Below are positions 40,896 to 51,644 of a stretch of DNA of 64,000 bases, piece after piece. The position numbers and the translations under genes are program-made. Numbering within the stretch: the stretch's first letter is position 1; every line of letters starts with the position of its first letter. The notes beneath the pieces were generated by a model, which saw only the letters and a list, made by a program, of their open reading frames with translations, was not told where the DNA came from and made no database searches. The stretch comes from an uncultured Fibrobacterota bacterium (lineage in GTDB: Bacteria > Fibrobacterota > Chitinivibrionia > Chitinivibrionales > FEN-1185), in contig CAVSQB010000028.1 of the NCBI GenBank assembly GCA_963729895.1, positions 192,001 to 256,000 of the forward strand. Direction: 5' to 3'.

Positions 40896-41672
40896 ATGAA
40901 GCACGCTGCGTCAAGATTTCCGGTTAAGAGGCTTCCCGATGGTCGCGCCATGATCAACCTGGGAAGCAGCGCGCGCAGCGCCCCGGGCTGGAACAATATA
41001 GACTCGAGCTGGCTCATACGTCTTGGCAGGCATCCTCGTTTATGTTCCGCCCTTCATGGACTTCAATTGCTCAGTTCGGCGCGCTACAGCCGGGTCATGA
41101 CGATGGACAAGAAGACGATTGCATGGAACTTGGCAAAAGGCATTCCGTTTGCCGACCGGACCTTTGATGTCGTCTACCATTGCCATGTTTTGGAGCACAT
41201 CGACAGGGACGCTGCAGTTTATTTTGTTGAGGAGTGCCATCGCGTCCTCAAGACGGGCGGTATCGTGCGCGTCGTTGTGCCCGATTTTGAAAAGGCGGCT
41301 CGGGAATATATTGCGATTGTCGATCGCCTCCCCGCTCATGCCACTATGAAGGACCATACCGCAGCCGTGGAAAACATGATTGACCAGATGGTTGTTCGCA
41401 GGCCGCGATACCGCAGCCAGCATAAATTGATCGTTCGGTTTCTCGAAGATATTCTCATCGGAAATACGGCGCGGGCCGGGGTTTTGCACCGGTGGATGTA
41501 CGACAGATTTTCTTTGCAGCAGTTATTAAGGGATGCCGGTTTCTCGTCCGTCCAATTGTGCGACGAGAAAACCAGCGTCATCCAAGGTTGGAGCAAGTGG
41601 AACCTCGATATGGAACCAGATGGAACGCCCTACAAACCAGGTTCAATTTATATGGAAGCTCACAAGGCTTGA
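40896..41672 (+). CDS. Class I SAM-dependent methyltransferase
   Basis: INLGS...GWNNID, GIPFAD.TFD, HVLEH, RVLKTGG.VRVVVPD, HRWMYD. Confidence 0.85.
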   Translation: MKHAASRFPVKRLPDGRAMINLGSSARSAPGWNNIDSSWLIRLGRHPRLCSALHGLQLLSSARYSRVMTMDKKTIAWNLAKGIPFADRTFDVVYHCHVLEHIDRDAAVYFVEECHRVLKTGGIVRVVVPDFEKAAREYIAIVDRLPAHATMKDHTAAVENMIDQMVVRRPRYRSQHKLIVRFLEDILIGNTARAGVLHRWMYDRFSLQQLLRDAGFSSVQLCDEKTSVIQGWSKWNLDMEPDGTPYKPGSIYMEAHKA

Positions 41673-41821
41673 GAATAAAGTCGGAGGGAAGTACTAATTT
41701 CTGTTGGCCTGGTTTTTCCAAGAAATGTGGCGAACAGGCGCTCACAGCCAAAAATCAAACGTGCAAAGGGAAGGTCGGCCCAACCATCTTCGGTCCGGTA
41801 CTCTCAAGAAAGGCGGTAGCA

Positions 41822-42763
41822 ATGGTTTCCAAGATACCAGTCCGATTTACTATGCTTTCACTTATGTTGTCTGTCGCCCTTGCCGTGATTTTGTCAGGGT
41901 GCGCAGAGAGTATTCCGATTCGTACAGCTCCTCCTCCGCTCCAAACGTACGACCAGCCGCACTGTCCGGGACCTGGCTATCTATGGGTACCGGGTTATTG
42001 GGCGTATGGCCAAGACGGATATTATTGGGTTCCCGGAATGTGGGAGCTCGCCCCGGAAGCAGGCTTGATGTGGACTCCCGGTTACTGGAGCTGGTCGGAG
42101 GGAGAATATGTCTGGCACCCCGGATATTGGGCACGGGATATCGGGTTTTACGGCGGAATCGATTACGGCTGCGGGTACACCGGGTCCGGTTATGCAGGCG
42201 GATATTGGAAAGACAATAACTTTTACTACAACAGTGCCGTATCGAATGTGAATCCATCGGTTGTAAAGAATACGTATGCTGAACCTGCGGTGAATAGAGA
42301 CACATTTGCGGCCCGGATCAGTTACTCCGGCGGTACCGGCGGCGTTATCGCCGCGCCAACAAGCCAGGAGTTAAACACGGCACGTGAACCGCATGTTATT
42401 CCGGCACCAAGTCAGAAACGGCCCACTTTGAGATCCAGCACTGTTAAGAAGGTGGTAAAAGCATTGAATTTCAAGTATAGAATTGACCCGAGATATTCCC
42501 AGATGGACCAAATCAAGGTTCCAAATTATCAAATTGTCAACGACACCGTAAAGTTCTTCTTCTGTTCGAGCGGCACTGCGAGTAAATTCATGTATAGACT
42601 CAAGCAGAATTCCGATACTTTGGGAATAGAGGAATACTACGGATCCGGACCGCTTCTGAAGCGCAAGGAATCTTTCTGCGTTTCCTGCACTATCTCGGGA
42701 TTAAAAACAGGTCAGTATTCTGTCAAGACCGTGGACGGCATCCAACAAATTGAAATCAAATAA
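41822..42763 (+). CDS. YXWGXW-repeat lipoprotein with an extra C-terminal domain
   Basis: LSGC lipobox, APPPL, GYLWVPGYW / YYWVPGMW / WTPGYW / WHPGYW, GFYGGIDYG. Confidence 0.8.
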   Translation: MVSKIPVRFTMLSLMLSVALAVILSGCAESIPIRTAPPPLQTYDQPHCPGPGYLWVPGYWAYGQDGYYWVPGMWELAPEAGLMWTPGYWSWSEGEYVWHPGYWARDIGFYGGIDYGCGYTGSGYAGGYWKDNNFYYNSAVSNVNPSVVKNTYAEPAVNRDTFAARISYSGGTGGVIAAPTSQELNTAREPHVIPAPSQKRPTLRSSTVKKVVKALNFKYRIDPRYSQMDQIKVPNYQIVNDTVKFFFCSSGTASKFMYRLKQNSDTLGIEEYYGSGPLLKRKESFCVSCTISGLKTGQYSVKTVDGIQQIEIK

Positions 42764-42870
42764 CGGCATTGTTTGCAGTTGCTGCCCGCGCGACTGTGCC
42801 GAAAGCCGATGGGTTCCCGGCGGCACAGGTTTGCGAATAATCACACGTTCTTAAAAAGGGGGAAAATTTT

Positions 42871-43863
42871 ATGAGTTTTTGCGGGCTCGCCACAATTGCG
42901 GTTGTATTTCTTGCGCTGTCCCTTGGTGTCAATGCCGCGATCCCGGCCGGATATGCCGGCAAACCCTATTGCTGCGACACGCTCAAAGGGCATTACCAGC
43001 AGATTCCCGGACAGGTTTTATGCGTATTTTTCGACTCGGGTGGGGAGGGAGTGGGATTTCATTACCCTGGAAACAGCAATTCGGGCGGATCAATGCGAAT
43101 GAATTCCGCCGGACAGCAGATTCAGGCTGATTTCATTGTAAGCATGCAGGCGTTCGGTGGTAATGACTACATTTTCGGTTCGAACCCAGGTCAGCATGAT
43201 TCAGGCTACTGGCATCTGGCCTGGATCCTTCCGTCCACCTACTACACCAACGGCGACCCTGGCGAATGGGAAAAATATTCCGTTCATGTCAATACGGCGG
43301 GGATGTATTATGTCAGTTTCCATGAGGCGAATGCTAACCTTCCAAATCTCCAGCTGCTCACCTATTATGATGGCCAGAATGTAAAAGTAGATTCGATTAT
43401 TAATATGCCGGTTGACACGCCGTTGCCCTCCGGCTGTCCTGAAGTCTGGCATTCGTGGAGTATCACCAAGAATGTGGATTCCGTGATGCTTGACACCGGA
43501 TTGCAGGTTATTCAGCTGACTTTTACAGACGGCAGTTGGAACATGGACTGGATGCAATTCGATCTTTATACCCCTGCGAGTGTCATGCATGCAGCAATTG
43601 CGGGTCCGAAAGAACAAGGCATAAAGATAAGGCCCGTAGAAAACATGCTTGATGTTTCTTTGAACGTGGCACAGGCTGGAAGGGCATCGTTTTCCATCAT
43701 GGACTGCAGGGGAAAACTGGTCGGTAACCCGATGACGAAGTTCTTGATGTCCGGGATGCAATCGCAAAGTCTACCTGTTGGCAAACTGTCTCCGGGCGTT
43801 TATTTCCTGGAGATTGGACATAACGGCACCATGTCGGGATCGCGGTTCCTTATCCCCAGATAG
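42871..43863 (+). CDS. Secreted carbohydrate-binding (CBM6-like) protein with a C-terminal sorting-like domain
   Basis: Signal peptide, IPG...FD.GGEGV.FH, GEW..YSVHV..AG.Y, NMDW, C-terminal LSPGVYFL. Confidence 0.65.
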   Translation: MSFCGLATIAVVFLALSLGVNAAIPAGYAGKPYCCDTLKGHYQQIPGQVLCVFFDSGGEGVGFHYPGNSNSGGSMRMNSAGQQIQADFIVSMQAFGGNDYIFGSNPGQHDSGYWHLAWILPSTYYTNGDPGEWEKYSVHVNTAGMYYVSFHEANANLPNLQLLTYYDGQNVKVDSIINMPVDTPLPSGCPEVWHSWSITKNVDSVMLDTGLQVIQLTFTDGSWNMDWMQFDLYTPASVMHAAIAGPKEQGIKIRPVENMLDVSLNVAQAGRASFSIMDCRGKLVGNPMTKFLMSGMQSQSLPVGKLSPGVYFLEIGHNGTMSGSRFLIPR

Positions 43864-44000
43864 AGTCATTTGGCAGTCGTTTTTGGATGGATGCCGAGGA
43901 CTTATCAGGTGGGTTTCACAGCGTTATATCCGGCAATCCCCGGCGCCGGGTTTCTTATTGAGATTAAAGGCGGCTCTTGGCTTTCAGACCGATACCTGTG

Positions 44001-44441
44001 TCAGTGGCAAAGAAGTGATATTCCTGCCGCTATTGCGGTAAGGGAAAGCGTAAAGCAGATAGTGTGTCCCATTGTCCATTGGTGTCTTACGTTCACCGTG
44101 CCATTATCCGGAACGCCCATAGACGTGCTTCCAGTTGCGTCCACTATAACACAAACCCCGGCAACAATCCCCCCGGCAATTGTGATAGCCCCGAACAAAT
44201 TCTGATAGCGAATTTGGTTTGGGCTTAGCTGGATTTCCTCGCCTTTCTCCCTTAATCCTCTGCGGTTAAGCTCATCGATCTCATCCTGCAGGAATTGCAT
44301 GCGTTCGTAGCCAACAACGGTGTCCTGGGTCATTTTCGGCGCCCTTACGGGAGTAGAGGGCTTGGACGAGGATTGTGCCGTCGAATCCGAGGCAAAGGAA
44401 AAAGCCACAGCAAGGAAAATAAAGAGAATCGCCTTTTTCAT
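44001..44441 (-). CDS. Hypothetical exported/membrane protein
   Basis: MKKAILFIFLAVAFSFA signal peptide and two C-terminal TM segments. Confidence 0.6.
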   Translation of the reverse strand: MKKAILFIFLAVAFSFASDSTAQSSSKPSTPVRAPKMTQDTVVGYERMQFLQDEIDELNRRGLREKGEEIQLSPNQIRYQNLFGAITIAGGIVAGVCVIVDATGSTSMGVPDNGTVNVRHQWTMGHTICFTLSLTAIAAGISLLCH

Positions 44442-44701
44442 TTTCTCCCCCGCACTTCTAACGCAAAAAAACATGCAATGCCCATTTTTGAAGTTTCATA
44501 TAAATCATAGTCGACGAAACAGAGGAAAAAGTTCAAGAAAGAATGAGTGACCGGCCTCTCTTACACGAAACCCGGTGGATAACTGTGGATATGGGAACAG
44601 CTCAATTAGTCGTCACAGGGCGATGGAAGGGACGAGAAGGTGGGGACCGGAACACGTATGAAACGAAAAGTCCAGCCGGTTAAGAGAAGACATCAGCGCT
44701 A

Positions 44702-45346
44702 TTATCGTTTTGAAATAATGGCTGCCTTTGTAAGTTCACGTGCTATCAGGCCGATTGTTTCATCATGAATCTGCTGGGTCGAAACAGGGTCGGCAATTGC
44801 GCACGTCCCGGACCAAACCATTTGCTCGTTACCCCTCGTTGACCAAACATCCACTTCATGGCTGACGATCTTTGATGTTTCCACATAGCCGGGATGAACT
44901 TCCTCGACGTATCTGGTATAATACCTGTTGCGCCAGGGATTGTATTGTGTGACGGGTTCCGTTGTCGCATAAGGCGCCACGGGAGTTGATTGGGTTTGGA
45001 TTGGAAGCGCGCTGATAATCAGGACGCCATCGTACCCGTAACGGCGAACCGCATCTGCAATCTGATTGGTATCCGGGAAGGCATCGGGAAATTCGTGATA
45101 CGAGGGAGCCACAATCACGCTATGTTTCGATAACTCAACGGCAAATGCATCCTCCCACATTCTGCGCTTGATCCGGTCCTTATTGACGGAAATAACCATG
45201 ATGCTTTTCATGGGACCGATATTGTACGATGGGTCTCGCCAAACATTGGCGAGTTGCAGCGACGGCGCGCAGGCGGAAAAAAGAATCGCGATGCTGCAGA
45301 TTGTCAAGGCACTTGCAGCCACAGGCTGAACGAGATTTCGTTTCAT
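44702..45346 (-). CDS. Hypothetical lipoprotein (DUF4136-like)
   Basis: FSAC lipobox, WRDP, RR.WED, YDGVL, VWSG; AGGAGG RBS. Confidence 0.7.
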   Translation of the reverse strand: MKRNLVQPVAASALTICSIAILFSACAPSLQLANVWRDPSYNIGPMKSIMVISVNKDRIKRRMWEDAFAVELSKHSVIVAPSYHEFPDAFPDTNQIADAVRRYGYDGVLIISALPIQTQSTPVAPYATTEPVTQYNPWRNRYYTRYVEEVHPGYVETSKIVSHEVDVWSTRGNEQMVWSGTCAIADPVSTQQIHDETIGLIARELTKAAIISKR

Positions 45347-45647
45347 TTGCCTCCCTTAATGGTTAGGAATTCGAGAAAAAATAACCAATCTCAACAAAGA
45401 ATATCAAGTTCGATGATCTCATTCCACAGCCATGAGCGCCGTTTTATCAAACGGGATCAGATCCCGGATACATACTACGTTTTGGAATTCGTTATCCTCA
45501 CACTAAATCTACCTTCACATAGTCCAGAGATGACATGGCCGCTCAACACAGGCGGTGATTCCTGTTGTTGGTTGTCAGATGAAGGCGAGGCGGTAACCAA
45601 ATCGACTTATCGAAGTGATCGGATGAAGGCGCGCTGCCGGGCGCACT

Positions 45648-45687
45648 AGACAGACAAGGCATCCTTTCGAATGCCTTGTCTGTCTGA
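45648..45687. terminator. Hairpin / probable terminator downstream of the GH2 gene
   Basis: AGACAGACAAGGCAT ... ATGCCTTGTCTGTCT inverted repeat just after the stop codon. Confidence 0.55.
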
Positions 45688-45703
45688 CCGACGGGGAACG
45701 GAA

Positions 45704-48556
45704 CTACCGTGCCAGAAGAACCTGCCTGACAAAGTGTCCGCCATCCACGTCAAGACGGACAAAGCAAATTCCGTCGCTCTTAAGCTCTCCGCTCCCGAGA
45801 GTCCCGTTGATGGCGATCGGATGCCAACCGGCACCGACCCTTGAACCGGCCGTCCGTTCCAGGATTCTTCCTCTTGCGTCAAGGATCTCCACGGAAACCA
45901 GCGAGGGACTACCCAGGTAATACCGTACCACGCCGTTGATAGTCCGGATGTCGAGCGCCGGCATGGCCGAAGCCGCCATCGCGCGCAACGCCGGTCTCAC
46001 TGCGGCCACTATTCCGTTGTTCGGTACCGGAACCACCGTGAACGACGCTGTGCCGGTTCCGAGGCCGGGCGAGGTGGCCGTCACGGTCACCACTCCGGGC
46101 GTGAATGTCGAGCGTACCGCCACTTTGCACATGCCGCCTTCGGAGGAAAGGTTCGGGTCCAGCGGCGAATGATAGGTGACCGGCTGATTGGCCGTGACCA
46201 TCTGATCGCTGCCGCCGCGATAATTGCCGGGACCGCTCACGCTGAACGTAACAATATTACTTGCCGTAGGGCAGGTAATGCCGTTTGCGTCAACGACTTT
46301 TGCCAGAATAAGCGCGGCATCGGTGCCGTTGGCCGTGATCTGAAACGTGTCTCCGTCCAGCTTCACCACCGGCGTGTCCACGACCAGAACGACATGGTCG
46401 GGATTGCCTGCGGTCTGTTTCTGGTCGGAACACACAATGTTTCCGTTGGCGTCAAGGCCGTTCGCAAGAAGTGTCCCGGCTGCCCAGGCCACGTTGTCCC
46501 AGTAGCATTGGAACGGCAGCTCGGTGTTGGTATTCGCGGCGATGGTGTAGTCATCGCCTGTGCCACTCGCGGGATTCGGCGTCTTGATACCCTGACTGGC
46601 GCCATTTATGAAAAGCTGCACGCTGGGACAGTTGCTGAACGCGTTGACCCGAACCGCGCCGCTGCGGTTCCAGTGATGGGCAAGATACACCACGGGTTTA
46701 ATGGAGTATGGAATCCAGCACGCGGCATACATCTTGTAAAGCATCTTGGGCAGGCGGTTGAAGTCCATCATGGAACAGCCGAACGATCTCACCGAATTGC
46801 CCGGAGTTCCGTCGGCGTATTGCTGGTCCTCGCCCGGAGTTTCGGCCATATACCATTGACACAAGCCAAAACAATTGTCCGCCTTTGCGTCCTTCCAGTG
46901 CATCAGGTATGCCTGGGCCATCTCAATTTCATAATCGTACGCGTCTCTTTGTGAAGCGTACATTCCCATCCCTCCCCACGCTTCCGCGCCCCAGGCGGGA
47001 TTACCCGGGTTGCCGCCCTTGACGCCGATCTCGCATCCGGTAACCGTGCAGGAGAGAATATCTTTGGGTCCGTTTCCGTTTCCGCGAACCGATATCACTC
47101 GCGGCGACAGCGAGTCCCATGTATCGCAAATGGTCCGCAATGCGTTACATGTATTGGGATCAATATTCCCGTTGCTTACTTCCCATGCGAGAATGGACGG
47201 ATCATTTCTGTCACGTATGACTCCGTCACGCTGCATTTCCTCTTTGAGCGTGATTTGATCCGCAGTCGCAGATCCGGTGGAGAACTGGCCTTCGCCTTCG
47301 CCGCTCGGCTGCATCAGCATCACCCCCGTGTTGTCGCACGCGTAGACAAATCCCGGGCTGCACGCGGAATGGCCGGGCCTCCACAGGTTGCCGCCGCACT
47401 TGGTGAGAAGCAGCGCGTCACGATATTCGATTTCCGGCGGCAATGCGGTTCCGAGCGCCGGGTAGTCGTAGCGGGCGGATGCACCGTACAACAGATGCTT
47501 GTGCCCATTGATATAAGGAAAATTGGCGTCCCAGGTGATCGTGCGTATTCCCAGCGGACTTTGGAATACGTCAACTGTGGTTCCTCCGACTTGAACAATG
47601 TGGTACACCGTGTACATATATGGAGTGCCGAATGTGCTGTTGTTCGGATACCACAGGTGCGGATTGGTCACAGTGCCGTTCTGATCGAAAACCGTGCTTT
47701 GTCCTGCATTGACGGCGCCGGTGCTTGTTTGGGTCAGCACAACCGTATTTGTTGCGTCCACGACCTTGGTTGTGACCGTAACATTTTGGGCTGTAGCATT
47801 GTCGTTTCGGACGTTGGTCAACATGCGAACCGTTGCCTGTGAGCCGTCGGCCGCAACGCTCGTCGTGGCAACGTAGGTGCCCCATTGGCTGAGTGTCGAA
47901 TACGAATTCATCGGAATATGAACCTTGTCGGTGATGTACATGAAGACCGGCCGGAATATACCGCCGTCTTCCGACCCAAAACGGAACACTGTGGAAAAAC
48001 CGGGATTTTCGAAAAAGCCGCCATTCTTACCGACTCGAACGGCCAGCACATTATCTGCGCCTCCGAAATTGAGATTTGGAGTAACATCCACAACGAATCC
48101 CTGGAAGCCGATGACGTGGGTCGCGGTCGCATCCGCGGTTACCGCACTGTTACCGGGGAGAAAGGTGCCGTTGATGTAAACCTGACAGCCTATGTGTACC
48201 CCCTGGAATTCAACGAAAACCTTTCTTCCCGAATAGGAATTGTCGAGGGTAAAATGCTTCCTATACCATACATTACCGCCAAACATCGACCCATCGCCGC
48301 CGCCGCTGCCCTGGTTGATAAAGGTGTCGGTGTCGTTATAGGTGTGCGGAACGCCGATCTGTTTCCACGCGGCATCGTTGAACGCAGAGGCCTGAGCGCC
48401 GGTGGGATCGGACTTCATAAACAGCCAGGGTGTTTCACCCAGGTTGATTGTCAGCCTGTTGCTCGATTCCCCTGTGTAAGTATCCGCGAAACCAGACATG
48501 GCAGCAAGCATCGTGACAACCATTGCGCATCCAAGAATTTTGTCTTTCATTGTCAT
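45704..48556 (-). CDS. Secreted glycoside hydrolase family 2 (beta-galactosidase-like) with DUF4982/Ig domains and a C-terminal sorting-like domain
   Basis: VPHTYN, WYRKHF, VEFQGV, GGIFRPV, GIRTI, RDRNDPSILAWE..N, D.NRLPK, HHWN, FSNC. Confidence 0.88.
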   Translation of the reverse strand: MTMKDKILGCAMVVTMLAAMSGFADTYTGESSNRLTINLGETPWLFMKSDPTGAQASAFNDAAWKQIGVPHTYNDTDTFINQGSGGGDGSMFGGNVWYRKHFTLDNSYSGRKVFVEFQGVHIGCQVYINGTFLPGNSAVTADATATHVIGFQGFVVDVTPNLNFGGADNVLAVRVGKNGGFFENPGFSTVFRFGSEDGGIFRPVFMYITDKVHIPMNSYSTLSQWGTYVATTSVAADGSQATVRMLTNVRNDNATAQNVTVTTKVVDATNTVVLTQTSTGAVNAGQSTVFDQNGTVTNPHLWYPNNSTFGTPYMYTVYHIVQVGGTTVDVFQSPLGIRTITWDANFPYINGHKHLLYGASARYDYPALGTALPPEIEYRDALLLTKCGGNLWRPGHSACSPGFVYACDNTGVMLMQPSGEGEGQFSTGSATADQITLKEEMQRDGVIRDRNDPSILAWEVSNGNIDPNTCNALRTICDTWDSLSPRVISVRGNGNGPKDILSCTVTGCEIGVKGGNPGNPAWGAEAWGGMGMYASQRDAYDYEIEMAQAYLMHWKDAKADNCFGLCQWYMAETPGEDQQYADGTPGNSVRSFGCSMMDFNRLPKMLYKMYAACWIPYSIKPVVYLAHHWNRSGAVRVNAFSNCPSVQLFINGASQGIKTPNPASGTGDDYTIAANTNTELPFQCYWDNVAWAAGTLLANGLDANGNIVCSDQKQTAGNPDHVVLVVDTPVVKLDGDTFQITANGTDAALILAKVVDANGITCPTASNIVTFSVSGPGNYRGGSDQMVTANQPVTYHSPLDPNLSSEGGMCKVAVRSTFTPGVVTVTATSPGLGTGTASFTVVPVPNNGIVAAVRPALRAMAASAMPALDIRTINGVVRYYLGSPSLVSVEILDARGRILERTAGSRVGAGWHPIAINGTLGSGELKSDGICFVRLDVDGGHFVRQVLLAR

Positions 48557-48655
48557 TGCCTCCCTTATGGATTTTTTTTCAGGTCATTTAACATTCAATA
48601 TATTGGTTGGATTCGAACTTCGCTTTGCATACCCCCTTCCCTAAAGTGGTTATGG

Positions 48656-49513
48656 CTATACCCCAATTACTTTCTCAGTCGAAATGGGAGTTTTCTCTTT
48701 GAATTGACCTCTGTATTCTTCAGGTGTTTTCCCCTTTAGTGATCCGTGTGGCCGTATCCGGTTGTAAATGTTCTTCCAATGTTCGATTATTCTTTCTGCG
48801 TCCTCTAATGAGATGAACCAGTTTTCATTCAAGCATTGGTCCCTGAATATCGAATTGAATGATTCTACAAAAGCATTCTGGCTGGGCTTGCCGGGCTGAA
48901 TGAATTCCTGCCTTACCTGGTTTCGTATTGCCCAGAGCATGAGTTCTTTGCTCCGGAATTCCGGGCCGTTATCAGTCAACAGAGCTTCCGGCTTTCCGTA
49001 CCTGGCCACCAGGTGGTCTAGAACTTGGCAGACTCCTAGTGCTGGAATAGAACGTGCTACCTTGATTGCAAGAGCCTCACGGGTGCAGTCATCGACAACA
49101 TTCAGGCATTTCAGCTTGCGCTTGTCGGAAGTACTGTCGAATATGAAATCCATTGACCAGCGACGGCTTGGCCGATCCGGCAGCGTCAACGGCATCCGTT
49201 GGCTATTGCGTTTCTGACGCCTCCTCCGCTTGCTTTTCTGAAGCGATTCTTCCTTGTAGAGCCGATGCACACGTTTGTGATTTACTATGTACCCAAGGTT
49301 GCGGAGATACCAATAAAGCGTCGGAAAGCCCCATGAACGGAACGATGAAATGGTTTCATGCATTTTTGTTTTCAACTCGCTGTTCAAAGCCGATTCCTGC
49401 GGTCGATAGCGGTACCCTGCCGGTGTCATACCCAGAAGTCCGCATGCTTTCCGTTGACTCAGGCCTTGCCGCATTAGTGCGTCCACAGTCAGCCTACGCT
49501 GAGGACGCTTCAC
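48656..49513 (-). CDS. IS3 transposase OrfB (DDE)
   Basis: NHKRVHRLY, WSMDF, DNGPEF, PGKP.QN.F.ESFN, YN..RPH.SL. Confidence 0.93.
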   Translation of the reverse strand: MKRPQRRLTVDALMRQGLSQRKACGLLGMTPAGYRYRPQESALNSELKTKMHETISSFRSWGFPTLYWYLRNLGYIVNHKRVHRLYKEESLQKSKRRRRQKRNSQRMPLTLPDRPSRRWSMDFIFDSTSDKRKLKCLNVVDDCTREALAIKVARSIPALGVCQVLDHLVARYGKPEALLTDNGPEFRSKELMLWAIRNQVRQEFIQPGKPSQNAFVESFNSIFRDQCLNENWFISLEDAERIIEHWKNIYNRIRPHGSLKGKTPEEYRGQFKEKTPISTEKVIGV

Positions 49514-49776
49514 TATTTTCTTTGCAGCACTTCCTTCATTGCATCGATCTGAAGTGCCTGGTCTGCAACAATCCGCTTGAGCCGGCTGTTTTCGCCCTCG
49601 ATCTCCTTCATCCTTTTCAGATCAGAGAGCTCAAGTCCGCTGTATTTGCTCTTCCAACGGAAGTACGTGTTCTCTGAAATACCATATTGACGACAAAGAT
49701 CAGCGACTTTGGCTCCGCGGTCGCCCTCTTGCAGGATCCGAAAAATCTGCTCTTCACTGTAGCGCTTGCCTTTCAT
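49513..49776 (-). CDS. IS3 transposase OrfA (HTH)
   Basis: RYSEEQI, LCRQYGISENT.FRWK.KY, ENSRLKRIVA; stop overlaps the orfB GTG. Confidence 0.92.
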   Translation of the reverse strand: MKGKRYSEEQIFRILQEGDRGAKVADLCRQYGISENTYFRWKSKYSGLELSDLKRMKEIEGENSRLKRIVADQALQIDAMKEVLQRK

Positions 49777-50051
49777 GAGTCCTCCTAGTTAGTTTAAAAT
49801 AACTCGGAAAACTCCCTTCTCAAATGAGCAAGTTTTCGGGGGTATAGCCAGTTACAAAACCAGGTCCAACCCAATTCCTGACCATATAATATAACCCACA
49901 TTTGCCAAACTTGATGGATTACTTGGCTTTTTTGTTGTCATTCCTCAAGGGGACACGGTTGTAGTTGCGGCTTCTGGTAGTCACCATTTCTTTGGGTGTC
50001 ACCGGAAAGAACCATCAATAAGTATTTCACCATTTTCATTGTGCCCATAAC

Positions 50052-50147
50052 GAGCCTGTAGGAAAAGTCAAAATGCACCAAATAAGTGGCGATTTTGAAC
50101 GAATTTAACCGCCCATTTGTCAAGAAAAGGACTTTTTCTACAGGCTC
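50052..50147. mobile_element. 96-bp MITE with the same TIRs as the IS1182-family element at 52551
   Basis: GAGCCTGTAGGAAAAGTC ... GACTTTTTCTACAGGCTC, with AAC duplicated on both sides (50049 and 50148). Confidence 0.85.
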
Positions 50148-50572
50148 AACGCCGCGCTAATATGCCTGACCATGACCGCAGTTTCCTTTCGCAAACCACC
50201 AATCTTGCTTGAAGTACCAACCGCTTGCCCTCATAATATCCTGTCAATCCGGTGCTTTTCAAGGCTTTTTGAAATAAAGTGTTTTCTGCAAGAAAACCAG
50301 GCTAGAACTGTTCACCTCCGCCCCCTCTTCAGATCGAACCCCCTGCTGAAAAGTGTACACAAAGAGTACACAGTTACAGCGTACTTGGGCGTATGAAGCT
50401 TCAAAGGCCAGAAAATAAGAAAGCCTCAAAACGGCTCTTCATTGTTTGTATATTATTGCCGGGGCGTTTTTTGGTGTTTCCGGTTAATGGGGCGTACGCA
50501 AAGTACTTGTTTGCAAACAAAAGCTGATGTCGTAACCAATAATTATGAGCAGGCCGCTTCAAGGGAGGCTCT

Positions 50573-51644
50573 ATGATACGTCCACCGAATATTTTCTTTC
50601 CGGTTCTCGTTGTTGCTTGCGTCAACTCGTTCGCTCACCCACCGAACGCCTGTTACGCCCTCGCCTGGTCTGACGAGTTTAATGGCACAGCACTTGATAC
50701 CAGCATTTGGACATACGATACCGGTTGCATAAACGGATCTTCGAGCATTCCAGAAGCCTATTATTCAAAGAACAATATATTCCTCGATAGCGGTGCATTG
50801 GTGATCGAGGCGAGAAGACAAACGAGCGGAGCCCCGGATTGCAGTAACGGCTATTCGTCTGGTCGCATAAATACGCGTGGGAAAATATCTTTCCTTTACG
50901 GGTACCTGGAAGTGAGACTCAAGGCGGCTGTGGCCGTCGTTCTATACGATTGGCGAAAACATTGCCACTGTAGGCTGGCCGGCATGCGGAGGAATGGGAA
51001 TGTATGAACAACTGACGGGTACTTGGCCGGTCGACGGATCCATTGGCGACAAGGTTTTTAGCGGTACGTGTGATTTTATGGATACCAGCGGTGCGAGCCA
51101 CAATAGCAAACAGCTGGTACTCCCCCAAGGTCTGGATTTGGACTACCATTTATATGGAATCCTTTGGGATTCAGCCTTTGTCGAATACTATTTCGATGAC
51201 AGCATGTATTGGTCAAGAACGGAAACGCCGAACATCAATGCTGCTGGCAATTTTGGAGCTTTCCACTATGGTCATTTTTTAAATGCAGATATCACGGTTG
51301 GGGGGCCAAGTGTATTGGCTGCGGTTGGCCAGATCGATGATAGCATTTTTCCGCAACGAATGTACATCGATTTCGTCCGGGTGTATCAAAAAGCCATGAT
51401 CTGCTCCGTTGGCGTTGCATCGCGCAACGTGAAAATCACGCTTGTTAAACCGGCATCGGCGACGCTGCGTGTTTACGATCTGAAGGGCAAAATGATTGCG
51501 GATTTATCATCTTGGGTGAGGACGGCGAGGGCCGGCGCCGACGTCCTAGCCAAGGTCCGCGGCGTGCTGCACAAAGGTGCCTATGTCGTACGGTTATCTG
51601 AGGGCGCAAGGGTAGTGACGCAGAAGGTGGTTTGTATGAACTAG
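50573..51644 (+). pseudogene. Frameshifted GH16 (beta-glucanase-like) gene with a C-terminal sorting-like domain
   Basis: Frame 1: LAWSDEFNG, YSSGRINT, YGYLEVRLK. After a frameshift near 50925, frame 2 reads LWPSFY..GWPACG, YH.YG..W, M.IDFVRVYQ. The catalytic ExDxxE reads GMGMYE. Confidence 0.8.

Larger units (their letters stand above)
48653..49850 (-). mobile_element. IS3-family (IS407-like) insertion sequence
   Basis: Ends TGGCTATACCCC / GGGGTATAGCCA (TG..CA). 4-bp TSD GTTA at 48649 and 49851. orfA/orfB organisation. Confidence 0.93.

Noticed and set aside
42780..42835. Possible riboswitch upstream of the CBM-like gene
   Set aside because: A hairpin (CTGTGCCG...CGGCACAG) is present but no conserved aptamer motifs could be matched; may be a terminator.
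48605..48625. GGATTCGAAC as a tRNA T-loop remnant
   Set aside because: No T-stem, acceptor stem or CCA context.
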